Assembly (NCBI RefSeq): GCF_044704955.1
Contig: NC_091980.1
Coordinates: forward strand, 129,146,001-129,210,000
DNA length: 64,000 bases
DNA from: Pristiophorus japonicus
Taxonomy: Eukaryota
Reading direction: 5' to 3'
Part shown: in pieces, positions 17,601 through 37,695 of the stretch
Layout of the letters: the number at the start of each line of letters is the position of its first letter
Position numbering within the stretch: the stretch's first letter is position 1
The notes under the pieces: model-generated
Databases searched by the model: none
What the model saw: the letters and a program-made list of their open reading frames with translations, nothing else
Told to the model about the DNA's origin: nothing
Program-made: the position numbers and the translations under genes

Positions 17601-19406
17601 GCTGTCAATGCCAATGCGTCAACTCACATACAGCGGTGGGCCCTCACATGGCTGTGTATGACTACACCATATGGCACCGGCCTGGCACCGCAAATTGTGC
17701 TGACGCGCTCATCAGGCGCCCACTGGCGACCACTGAGGGGACGTCGGAGCAAAGCGCGGAGATGGTCATGGCTGTTGAGGCTTTCGACACTGCAGGCTCC
17801 CCCATCACAGCCCGCCAGATCAAAATCTGGACCAACAGAGATCCCCTCCTATCCCTGATAAAGAAATGTGTCCTGACTGGGGATTGGGCACCCGCACACG
17901 GAGCTTGCCCCGAGGAAGTCAGACCGTTTCACAGACGGATGGACGAGCTCTCCATTCAAGCCGACTGCCTGCTATGGGGCAGCCGGGTAGTCATGCCCCA
18001 GAAAGGAAGGGAAGAATTCATCAGGGAACTCTACAGCGAGCACCCTGGCATCGTGTTATTGAAGGCCATTGCCCGGTCACATGTATAGTGGCCGGGAATT
18101 GATTCAGACCTGGAACACTTTGTTCGCAGGTGCACGACGTGTGCTCAGCTGGGAAATGCCCCCAGGGAGGCCCCACTCAGCCTGTGGCCCTGGCCCACCA
18201 GGCCATGGTCATGCATTCACGTCGACTATGCGGGTCCGCTCATGGGAAAAATGTTCCTGATTGTTGTCGATGCACACTCGAAATGGATCGAGTGCATCAT
18301 ATTGATTTCGTGCACGACATCCACCACTGTGGAGAGTCTGCGTTCGGTCTTTGCGACCCACGGCTTGCCGGACATCCTGGTTAGCAACAATGGCCCGTGT
18401 TTCACTAGCTATGAATTCCAGGAGTTTATGTCGGGTAATGGTATCAAACATTTCAGGACAGCACCATTCAAGCCGGCTTCTAATGGCCAGGCGGAACGTG
18501 CGTTTCAAATCATAAAACAGGGCATGCTCCGGATTCAAGGACCCTCCCTTCAGTAGCGCCTATCGAGCCTCCTGCTGGCCTATAGGTCCCGATCGCATTT
18601 GCTCACGGAAGTCCCGCCCGCGGAACTACTCATGAAATGCGGCTGTCCCTCATTCATCCAATCCTGTCAGACATTTTTGAGGGCAAGCGCCAGTCCCAAA
18701 GCGGGTGCCATGATCGCAACTCAGTGGGGAGATGCATAGAAATCAATGACCCTGTATTCGTTATTATGCTTTTGGACACAAGTGGCTTGAGGGTACCGTA
18801 ATTGGCAAAATTACGGCAAAAAAAGAGGGGAATAGGGTCATAGTGGTCAGACTTAACAATGGGCAGATATGCCGCAAACATCTGGACCAAGTAAAGAACA
18901 GGTTCAACATGGACACGGAGGAAGAACATGAGATGTTACCTACACCACTGCCAGTGAACGAGCAACAAGGACATGCACCAGCATGCACAGTCCCTGCGGT
19001 CAGCCCAGACAGACCTCAGGTGACAGAGACGTATGCCAAGGTTCAACCACCAGAGCCCCAACTGCGGTGCTTCAAGAGAGCGCGTCGAGCGCCTAAAAGA
19101 CTGAATCTTTGACCCAAAGATGGTGGCAAGGGCGGGGTGCGGGGGGAAGGTGATGTCATGTTTGTAACCGGCACATAACTGTCACCTTTATGTAACAACA
19201 CTATACACACCTGAGAAATGCACACCTTGACCACAGGGGGTGAACGTGTGGCAGACACTCCTCACCTGGTCATCCAGGAATATAACGGGAGGTCCCACGC
19301 AGGGTCAGTACTTCTTGGTCCTGGGAAGAAAGGTTCAGGTCACGTAGTGATTTTGACTGCAGTACATGCCTCATGTGAAACTATAGTAAGGTTTAAGGAC
19401 ACTACA
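14688..19406 (+). mobile_element. Ty3/Gypsy (Mag-type) LTR retrotransposon, full-length, frameshifted
   Basis: LTRs 14688-14947 and 19154-19406 (TG...CA), PBS TGGCGACGG at 14950, purine tract before the 3' LTR, TSD ATGTG/CTGTG (empty site ATGTG at ~48677). Gag with two Cys/His knuckles, protease LDTGAS, RT FQDD, RNase H DASSYG, integrase HPG..C..C / VDYAGP / SNGQAER. Confidence 0.95.
14980..18556 (+). pseudogene. Gypsy gag-pol, broken into ORFs 14980-15765, 15813-16244, 16484-17002, 16983-17858, 17636-18088, 18242-18556
   Basis: Domain motifs in order gag-PR-RT-RH-IN with stops and frameshifts. Confidence 0.9.
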
Positions 19407-20326
19407 CTGTGAATGGTGGTTGTGTTGGCAAGTTATTCAACCATGATGGGAGCAGGTGGAAGAGAAGCTATCCCACAACCACACGCACTAGGATATCCAC
19501 ACTAACCAATGAAGCTGTGACAGCAAGCTAATAACACCTGTTGCTTTCCCTCCTCACCCAATTGTAGTGCCCAGCCATTTTGCTTGTCTGCCAACAAAGC
19601 TTCACTGCTGCTATAGGCTTTGTGTTGTGAGTCCACTTACTGAATTACCTGGATAACTGAACAGGATGTGGTGCAGCTACTGAATACAAACTGTTTTTCA
19701 CAAGGCAGATACACTAAATAGGAAGCTAATCCAGGACTTTTTCTTCACTGGACTGAAATGGTGCGACAATGAATTACTGGTAAACTGACCATGTGTTTAA
19801 CAGATGTTACATCTTGTTGGATTGAATTGTCATTTGTCCAAAGACAGATAGTTGGAACAGGTAATTTTATACAGCTTCTAAGTCCCAAGCTCTAGAGATG
19901 CCTCCCTAAACATGTCTATATTCCATACCTCTGACCAGGCTTGTGGTCAGTAGGCCAATATCCTTTGGGGCTGTCAGTTATCCAAACACATTCTTGAACA
20001 TTTTAGATCTTACAACAGCTGCCTGAATATCCCAATCAATACGTATACATTACACTAGAGGATAAACACATTTCATAGGACTGAATCCCATATAACTATT
20101 GCACAGCTGAGTGTAATTCTTGTTTGAGGGAAACCAAGTTATGTTAATGAAAAATAAGTAACCACTTCAACTTACAAGGTAACACAGCCCACTGTTGAAA
20201 AGTTTATTTACAGTTATGGATCTTCGCTCTTTGTACAAAGTCACAAGCCATCATTCCCTACAGGACAGGGGCCTGATTATATAAATACAAGTTCTAAACA
20301 CAATAAGCTTGATCCCATCAGTCAGT

Positions 20327-22848
<2,522 letters not shown>

Positions 22849-24519
22849 CTTCACTATCGATATTTCACTGTCACCTGCACAGTTCTGGAACTCACTCTGT
22901 CTTGCACAAGCTCCTGTATTTATACTATTGGAACAGCTGCATTCAAACAGGGTATGACATCACCAATGATGATTGGCTCTCAAGGATTGTCAATCAGGAA
23001 TCTTCCCTGAATTCAGGCACAAAATAACAAAGGAGAGGGGATTTGGGGGAGGGGTCTGGGGGAGATCAGTCTTGGTGATGTCACTGCCTTTGGGTTCCTT
23101 GAACCTCTTCAAATCTGAAAGTGTGTCATTGTTTAACGCTCTCACTTGAATGAAATGATAATTTTCTACTTTCGCCGAAGGGGTTTTTCATAATCTGGCA
23201 AAGTTTGTTACTTGCAAGTTTCTGTGGCACTGAGACAATATTCAAACCAACCATTGGCCAGTGGAATGGGAATTCCATCCTGTGGATGGTGTGAACTGCC
23301 CCCAGTTCGAATATAGAGAATGGGCATGTGTCTGAGGATTGGCTACATGGGGGCATCAATGATCTGTCATTTTTATTCTCATGGAATGATGCCTGGTAAA
23401 ATTCAGTATAGTGAGTGAGAATGAGAGGGAGTGAACATTACTGAACACATTGTCACCCACATTTCCATTTGATAGAGAGATTCAAAATCATGAGGTGTCT
23501 GGACAGAGTCGATAGTCAGTAACTGTTCCCATTGGTGGAAGGGTCGAGAACCAGAGGACACAGATTTAAAGTGACTGGCAAAAGAACCAAAGGCGTCATG
23601 TTTACGCAGCGAGTGGTTGGGATCTGGAATGCAATGCCCGAGAGGGTGGTGGAGGTAGACTCAATCGTGGCTTTCAAAAGGGAATTGGATAAGTACCTGA
23701 AGGAAAAATTAATAGCAGGGTTGCGGGGAAAGGATGGAGGAGTGGGACTAGCTGAAGAGCTCTATCAGAGAGCCGGCACGGGTTTGATGTGCCGAATGGC
23801 CACCCTCTGTGCTGTAACCATTCTATCATTCTATGATTTACTCCGGCATGTTTTGGGGCAGGCTTGATGGACCAGCTGATCTTTTCCTGCCCCTCATTTT
23901 GGTGTGTTGGACGCGTCCTTTTACAGTCGCCTTTCAGTGAGGCAAAATAATATTTAAATCTGATTGAAATGATGAGGCTCAGATATGCTCTAACTGTCTG
24001 GCTCATCATAGATTCTATCAGCAGAGAAAGAGACCATTCGGCCCATCGTGCCTGTGCAGGCTCTTTGAAAGAGCGATCCAATTAGCCCCACTCCTCAGCA
24101 CCTTCCCCATAGCCCTGCAAATTTTGTCAAGTATATATGCAATTCACTCTTCAAAGGTACTGTTGAATCTGATTCCACCGCCCTTTCAGGCAGCGTGTTC
24201 CAGATCACACCGACACGCTGCGTAAAAATAATCATCCTCATCTCTCCCCTCTGGTCATTGGCCTTTCACGTTGGTGTTTCTCAGAGATCCAAAGCCCTGA
24301 CGTCGGATTTCAGTGCAGAAGTGGTTCAGTCCTGGATTAGCTGATGAGAGGTGTTCCCTTGGATTAAAACTCTGCTTTAGATTGGGCAGAGGGTGCGGCA
24401 GTGATTCAGATCCAGAGCCACCAATCACAACACAGGCACTGCCCTTTCAGGGGAGATGCCACCAATTAGCATAGTTGACCCACGTGAATCAAACATGTGT
24501 CTGTGTATTTACACCTGTA

Positions 24520-25137
24520 TTGTTCATAGGAGCCGGGAGGTCTTACTGCAGTTGTACAGAGCCTTAGTGAGGCCTCACCTGGAATATTGTGTTCTGTTTT
24601 GGTCTCCTAATCTGAGGAAGGATGTTCTTGCTGTTGACGGAGTGCAGCGAAGGTTCACCAGACTGATTCCCGCGATAGCAGGACTGACATATGAGGAGAG
24701 ACTGGATCGACTAGGCCTGTATTCACTGGAATTTAGAAGTACGAGAGAGGATCCCATAGAAACATATAAAATTCTGACGGGACTGGACAGGTTAGATGCA
24801 GGAAGAATGTTCCCAATGTTGGGGAAGTCCTAAATCAGGGGACATAGTCGAAGGAAGGAGTAAGCCATTTCGGACTTTAGGACTGAGATGAGGAGAAATT
24901 TTTTCAGAGAGTTGTTAACCTGTGGAATTCCCTACCGCAGAGTGTTGTTGATGCCAGTTCATTGGATATATTCCAGAAGAACTTAGATATGGCCTTTACA
25001 GCTAAAGGGATCAAGGATTATGGAGAGAAAGCAGGAAAGGGGTACTGAGGTGAATGATCAGCCATGATCTTGTTGAATAATGGTGCAGGCTGGAAGGGCC
25101 AAATGACCTACTCCTGCACCTATTTACTATGTTTCTA
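24520..25137 (+). mobile_element. CR1 LINE 3' fragment
   Basis: LLQLYRALVRPHLEYCV motif and tail cctactcctgcacctatt..ctatgtttc. Confidence 0.85.
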
Positions 25138-25509
25138 AGCAGTGAATGTCCTGCAGTCACACAGGGCTTCGAGCAAACTGATGGACATCACATGGTCACA
25201 CTCAATGGTGACCCCGATGGGCACCAGATACTGCCATTCGATATATGGTGACTGGAAACTTCTTTGTGATGCAAATACATGGAATGACACAACAGCAATT
25301 TCATTGCGCACTCACTACAGCTCTGAACTAATTTTATAAAGTTAACTTGTGTAAATGAAGTTGAGCGTGGATTTCCCAGTCACCCAATTGTACTTCCATT
25401 GACCCCTTGTATCATGGCTCACTCAATGAGCTCAGTCATTGGGGGTGGAGATCAGTAGTATGTGCAATTTGCCCACAAAGCTGACCAGAAAGTCGATAGC
25501 AGCAACAAT

Positions 25510-26525
25510 GGGCCCAAGTTTCCACATGATTCGCGCCTGATTTTTAGGAGCAACTGGTGGAGAACGGACTATTTTAGAAATCGCAATTCTCCACATTTTT
25601 TTTTCTGCAGTTCTAGTCAGGTAGAACAGTTCGAGTTTCGAACAGAATTTTTTCTTCAAAAGGGGGCGTGTCTGACCACTGACGCCTGATTTGAAAGTTT
25701 CCACAGTGAAAATGTACTCCAAACTGAAGTAGAATGGAGCCAGTGAAGATTTTTGTAGAACTGAAAAAACCTGTTCTACACATTAAAAAATCAGGCGCAG
25801 GTTACAAATTAGGCGTCCAGAACGAGGTGGGGGGGGAGGGGAACTCATTAAATTCGACAATAAATCCTTATTTATACTTCTACAAATAAATCCAACCTGA
25901 ATAAACATTTATAAGCCACGAAAAGATTAAATAAACCATCTTCCTACCTGTGTGAAAGTGCTTCAGCCAGGGAGAATTCTGCAGCCGTTTGTGCCGCTGA
26001 GCGGGAGAGGGGGGGGGGGGGGGGGAAGAGGAGAGAGATAGCGAGAGCGAGAGCGAGGAGAGGGGGGGGGCGTCGGGTCGGGTCAGTCCGGTGGGGGGGG
26101 GAAGAGCGGGTGTCGGGTCGATGCTGGGGGGGGAGCGGGTGTCGGGTCGGGTCTGGTCGGCTGGGGGGGGGAAAAAGAGAGCGAGTGGCGGGTCTGGTCA
26201 GGCGGGGAGCAGGAGCTGGCCATGGGAGGAGCCCCACTGAGGCCATTGGGCCAGGGCTAGGGGCTGCGTGCTTCGGGCCCCTCCCACAAAGTTCAGCGCC
26301 TGGAGCTACTGCACTTGCGTGCCGACTGTAGCGCGCATGTGCAGAGGTCCCGGCCCTGTTTTCAGCGCCGGGACCTGACTCCGCCCCCCCACAGCTCGTG
26401 CTGACTGTGCCAAGGGCCAGAGGATCTGTAAGTAGGTGCAGACTACCGAGGATTGTTTTAGGCATGAAAATCGGGCGCCCAGCTCGGAGGGGTGCCTGTT
26501 TTTTTTCTTGTGGAAACTTAGGCCC
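25510..26525. mobile_element. Non-autonomous DNA transposon (MITE), PIF/Harbinger-like
   Basis: 17-bp TIRs GGGCCCAAGTTTCCACA / TGTGGAAACTTAGGCCC (1 mismatch), 3-bp AAT target duplication, no transposase, G-rich core. Confidence 0.8.
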
Positions 26526-27412
26526 AATGTGTTTATATGCTACAGGAGTAACTCAGAAGCAGCATTGGTAGTTTACTTTAACTAAATAATACCTAAACTG
26601 GGAGGGTTCATTTAGAATGAAATAGTTAAACAAACACTCTTCCTACATTGAACATTACAGCAGTTGACATTTTGTTGTATCGAGGGGTTAAATTGTTGCT
26701 ATTGATGCAAAGGGCAGAGAGAATATTCATCACTAGTGGGAGTGGTTACTCGTATTCAGTTGCCTTGGCCCCCTATTGTAGAGTCCCCTCCCTACATAAG
26801 AAATAGGAGCAGGAATTGACTATTTGGCCCCTCAAGCCTGCTGTATTATTCAGTAAGATCACGACTGATGTGATCTTGGCCTCAAATCCACTTTCCTGCA
26901 TGCTCCCCAGAATCATCGACGCCCAAAGAGCTTACCTCTTGGACTATGCTCCTGGGTATCTGTTCCATGCACATGTGGTTCAGGTCTTTTTACAGGTACG
27001 ACATGAATGCAAGTTGTTGGATTACAGCATTGCAACAATCATTGAAAGGCACCAAATAATTTACTCTAAATGGATACACAGACTTGGAATGACATCTTCA
27101 ACACGAGACCTTGATGATGCAACTCAACAAATCAGATGTACACCCAAAGAAAAGGAGGAACAATAGAGTGGTTACACAGCCCAGTGTAATTCTGGGCTGA
27201 CATTAATCTGAAAATAAGCAACCACTCACTCAAATTTACAATGAGACAAAATCCAGTCCAATACTGAACAGTTTTTTTACATTTCACATCATACAGCCAG
27301 GTCTCACAGCCTGTACAAAGTCACAGGCTGTCATTCTCTACAGGACAGGGTCTCACACACAATTATATAAACACTCGTACTGAACACAATAAGCTTGTTC
27401 CTGGCAGTCTGT

Positions 27413-33307
<5,895 letters not shown>

Positions 33308-33328
33308 CCTAATTTGCTTTTCCAAAAA

Positions 33329-33351
33329 TCTAAGCCTTGTTAAAGCAAGAA
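33329..33351 (-). promoter_or_regulatory. Degenerate iron-responsive element in the copy 3 5'UTR
   Basis: Minus strand reads TTCTTGC-TTTAA-CAAGGC-TTAGA, which aligns to the ferritin IRE pattern TTCTTGC-TTCAA-CAGTGN-TTGAA. The 5-bp upper stem and bulged C are kept; the loop is non-consensus. It lies between the TATA box and the ATG. Confidence 0.65.
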
Positions 33352-33382
33352 GCTGAGAGTTAGCTAATTTCAAACTCCTGTC

Positions 33383-33546
33383 TTTATACTGCTGGATAAT
33401 CCAGGGCGGGACAGTCTAGCTGTGAGTGACATTCCTCAATACCCAATCACAAGTTGCAGCCTCTGTCAGAGCACCAATCAAGTAAAGGGAGGAGGAGACA
33501 TGACTCCCAGAGCCAGTCATGAACTTTGAAGAATGAGCATCATTGG
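33383..33546 (-). promoter_or_regulatory. Ferritin copy 3 proximal promoter (TATAAA + CCAAT boxes)
   Basis: TATAAA (minus) at 33383-33388; CCAAT at 33443 and 33474, ATTGG near 33542; homologous to the copy 1/4 promoters. Confidence 0.65.
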
Positions 33547-34497
33547 CTGACTCTTCTTTTTGTCAGCAGCAATTGTCAATTTAAAGTTAAGCATGGGCCG
33601 CTTTTTAAAGAGGCACAACCAATAAAGACTGCAACTTCACAAAAGATGTTAAAAGAAACTTAACAAGTTAAATAAAAATTCTATACCCGGGGTGATGATG
33701 CACTCCAGTCCCTCCTCTCACAGAAGGCTGCGAGCGTGTCGATGGACACCACATGCTCCATCTCCAGGGACACCCAGGCGCAAATGTAGCCACGGAAGAG
33801 AAGCGGGTTGTCGGGCCGAATGACCACCTGGAATGCCCGCTGGCCAGCCCTGTTGACGGCCTCTTGCCCAGGTTACTTGAATCTTCCGTTGTGTGCGAGT
33901 CAGTGTCTTTTTAATAGTTCTGTGTGGTTCAGTGGGTTGGTCATTTTCAGGTATCTGTGGATGCAACATCCAAAGACAGTGCAGTGATGTTGCAACGCAA
34001 CCGGCAGCGGGTCAGGTGAATGGACAGTGCGTGTGAGGAATTTGACAAGCTCAAGTGCTCAGATACTCCATCACTTCCAAGTTTAGTGAGCACCTGTACA
34101 CACAGGAGCTAGAATGTGGCATGGACCGTGGGATTTTGAGTTCTTGTTATGTTACCATGACATTTTACAAGTAATGAAATGGACTGAAGTCCAAAAAGAA
34201 AGAATATCTCCTTGCACCTGGACTTAATTGTGGCAGCCTTGGGAACGTTTATCCTCTTAGAAAGAAGAAATAATTCCATTTATATAGCCCTTTCATGGCC
34301 TCAGGATGTCTCAAAGCTCTTTACAACCAATCAAGTTCAGCAGTGTGTTAATGACCAGAGAATCTGTTTTGGTTGCGGGATAAATATTGTCAAGGGCACT
34401 GGAGAGAACTCCCCCTCCGCTTCTTCGAAATAGCATCCTGAGATCTTTTACGTCTACCTAAGAGAGCAGACAGTCGAGCATCTCATCTGAAAGACGG

Positions 34498-34714
34498 CAC
34501 CTTCGACAGTGCAGCAATCCCTAAGTACTGCCCCTCTGACAGTGCAGCAATCCCTCAGCACTGCCCCTCTGACAATGCAACGCTCCCTCAGCACTTCCCC
34601 TCCAACACTGCGGCACTCCCTTAGTACTGCCCCTCCGACAGTGCGGCGCTCCCTCAGTACTGCCCCTCTGAAAGTGCGGCACTCCCTCAGTACTGTGTGA
34701 GTGTGTGTGTGTGT
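34498..34714. repeat. 33-bp minisatellite (~6 units) plus (GT)n
   Basis: Same unit as 437-828. Confidence 0.9.
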
Positions 34715-35038
34715 GGAGGCAGGGTCATTGAATAAATTTAAGGTGGAGGTAGATAGATTTTTGAACAATAGGTGAGTCAAGGGTTATGGGGAACAGGCAG
34801 GAAAGTGTTGAGACCAAGATCAGACCAGCCATTGTTTTATTGAATGGCGGTGCAGGCTCGAGGTGCCAAATGACATATGCATGTTATTATGTAAACCTCT
34901 CTACCTCCTTTAAGACACTAACATTTACCTGTGGTCCCACTGCCTTATGTGGCTGAACAAACGTGAACATTTTCAACTGTTGTATTGCAGCATTGCAATG
35001 CTAGATTGAAATGCATGAATAGAATTTGCAAGATATTC

Positions 35039-35243
35039 TCTTATGTATTAATGCGTGGGGGTCACAAGACACCAGAGGGTGCCACAGTCGGAGATCATCG
35101 GGCTGTACACACGTGGCATGTGTGCTTGATCACCTGTATGTAAACTGGGTGTCTTTGTCACTCTGGCACTCTTGGGCTGGAATAAAGATGGATGATGTTG
35201 CACCTGAGTGAGTTTACAGTAACCAGATTTTTGAGACATTACA
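35039..35243 (+). mobile_element. Solo LTR (paralog 54312-54514; absent from unit 1)
   Basis: TATAC target duplication in the 54312 copy (TATTC/TATAC here), AATAAA, ends in TACA; empty site gatatacgtag at ~1640. Confidence 0.7.
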
Positions 35244-35289
35244 TATACATACAATTGAAATTAGGTCTTCAACATGTCTGAATACCTAT

Positions 35290-37130
35290 CATAGATTGGT
35301 ATTATGCAATGAGAAGGGATTAATTAATAGTGTTTTTGTGTGGGGTCCTTTAGGGAAGAATAATCATAACATGATTGAATTTTTCATGAAGATTGAAAGT
35401 GAAGTTGTCCAATCCAAAACTAGGTCCTAAATCTAAACAAAGGAAACTACGAAGGTATGAGGAATGGTTATGATAGATTGGGAAGAGTCATTAAAAGGCA
35501 TGATGGTGGATAGTCAATGGCTAACATTTAAGGAACGAATGCATGAATTGCAACAATTATACATTCCTTCCTGCTGCAAAAACACAAAAGGAAAAGTGGC
35601 CCAACCATGGTTTACAAAAGCAATTAAGAATAGTATTAGATCCGAAGAGGAGTTATACAAAGTTGCCAGAAAAAGTAACAAGCCTGAGTATGGAGCAGTT
35701 TAGAATTCAGCAAAAAACGACCAAGAGATTGTTTAAGAGGGGGAAAATAGTATCTGAGACTAAACTTGCAATGATCATAAAAACCGACTGTAAAGGTTTC
35801 TCCCAGTATGTAAAAAGAAAAAGATTAGTGAAGACAAATGTAGGTCCTTTTCAGTCACAAATGGGATAATTTATAATGGGGAACAAGGAAATGGCAGAAC
35901 AATTAAATACCTCGGTTCTGTCTTCACAGAAGAGGACACAAATAACATCCCAGAAATGCTAGGAAACTAAGGGTCTAGTGACCAAGAGAAATTAAAGGAA
36001 AGGATTATTAGTAAGAAAACAGTGCTGGAGAAACGAATGGGACTGAAAGCTGATAAATCCCCAGGGCCTGATAATCTGCATCCCAGAGTACTAAAAGTGG
36101 TAGCCATGGAAATAGTGGATGCATTGGTTATCATCTTCCTAAATTCTACAGATTATGGAACAGTTGCTGCAAATTGGAGGGTGGCACATGTAACCCCACT
36201 ATTTTAAAAAGGAAGGAAAAAGAAAACAGGTAACTGCAGCCCGGTTCACCTAACATTAGTAGAATGTGATAAAGGGACTCTTAGAAAATATCAACGGGAT
36301 TAGACAAAGTCAATATGGATTTACGAAAAGAAAATTGTGTTTGACAAACCGACTGGAGTTATTTTTTTGAGGATGTAACTGAGATTAGATAAGGGGGAAC
36401 TAGTGGATGTCGTGTATTTGGATTTTCAGAAGGCCTTTGATAAAGTCCCACAAGAGGTTAGTGTGCAAAATTAAAGAACATGGGATTGGGGGTAATATAT
36501 TGCTATGGATTGAAAATTGGTTAATTGATAGAAAACAGTTGGAATAAACAGGTCTTTTCCTGGGTGGTGGGTGGTGACGAGTGGGATACCACAGGGATCA
36601 GTGCTTGGGCCACAGCTAATCACATAAATAGAAACTACACCTGGTGTATTGTGCACAGTTTTGGGTCTCCGAAAGAGCGCAGCAAAGTTCCACCAGACTG
36701 ATCCCTTGGATGGAAAGATTGTCATGTGAAGAGAGAATAGCTTGACCAGGCCTGTTCACCAGAAGAGTGAAAGGGGATCTTATTAAATCATAAAATTCAG
36801 ACTGGTTTGGAGAAATTGGATGTGGGGAGGAAGTACCCCTTTGCTGGGAAGTGAATAAAAAGTGACAGGCTCAGAATACGAGGTAGGAAATTTAGCGCAG
36901 AGATGAGAAATGTTTTCACTCAGGATGGGGAAGCTGGGGAACTATTGACTACAGAAGGCAGTGGAGCCCAATTGCTGAATATATTTAAGAAGATACGATA
37001 TCTTGATACAAAAGGCATCAGGGGCTATGGGGTACAAGCATGACATGGTGGTGGTAAAGTATTAGTTATCATATTTAATGGTGGTGCAGTCCTTAAAGAA
37101 GGACCAAATGGACAACAACTGCTCTTTATG
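35290..37130 (+). mobile_element. Degraded CR1 LINE
   Basis: [30 protein letters not shown] remnants and 3' tail. Confidence 0.8.
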
Positions 37131-37695
37131 TTTTTGTGAATATAACTCAATATATTGAAATTACGCCAGCAAAGAGCAAAATTATAGGACTGTTAACACT
37201 GGCAGAAGGGATGAGAACCTCCAGACACAAATTTAAGACAATTGGTAGAAGAACCACAGCTGACATGAGGATAAACTTTTATGCAGTGAGTGGTTAATAT
37301 CTAGATTGCACTGCTCGAGAGAGAGTGGTGAAGGCAGTTTCAATCATAGGATTGAACAAGTACATGAAGGAAAAACATTGCAGGGATACAGGGAAAATGC
37401 AAGGGAGTAGGACTAGCTGAAGTGTTCTTGGAGAGCCAGCTGAGTGGTTACAGCACAGGAGGCCAATGTATGATTGTTGCATAGCCTAGTGCAATACTTG
37501 TGCTGCAAACAAGTTATGGTAAATGGAAAATAAGCAACTTGCAAGGAGACAAAACCCAGTCCAATATTGAACAGTTTATTTACAGTTAATTACATTTCAC
37601 ATCAAGAGCCCAGGTCTCAGCCTGTACAAAGCCACCATTCTATGTAGGACAGAGTCTCACACACATTGTATAAACATGAGTACTGATCAGAAGCT

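Noticed and set aside
25944-26527. Pro-rich 173-aa ORF as a transposase
   Set aside because: Derives from G-runs inside the MITE; no DDE or Myb-like motifs.
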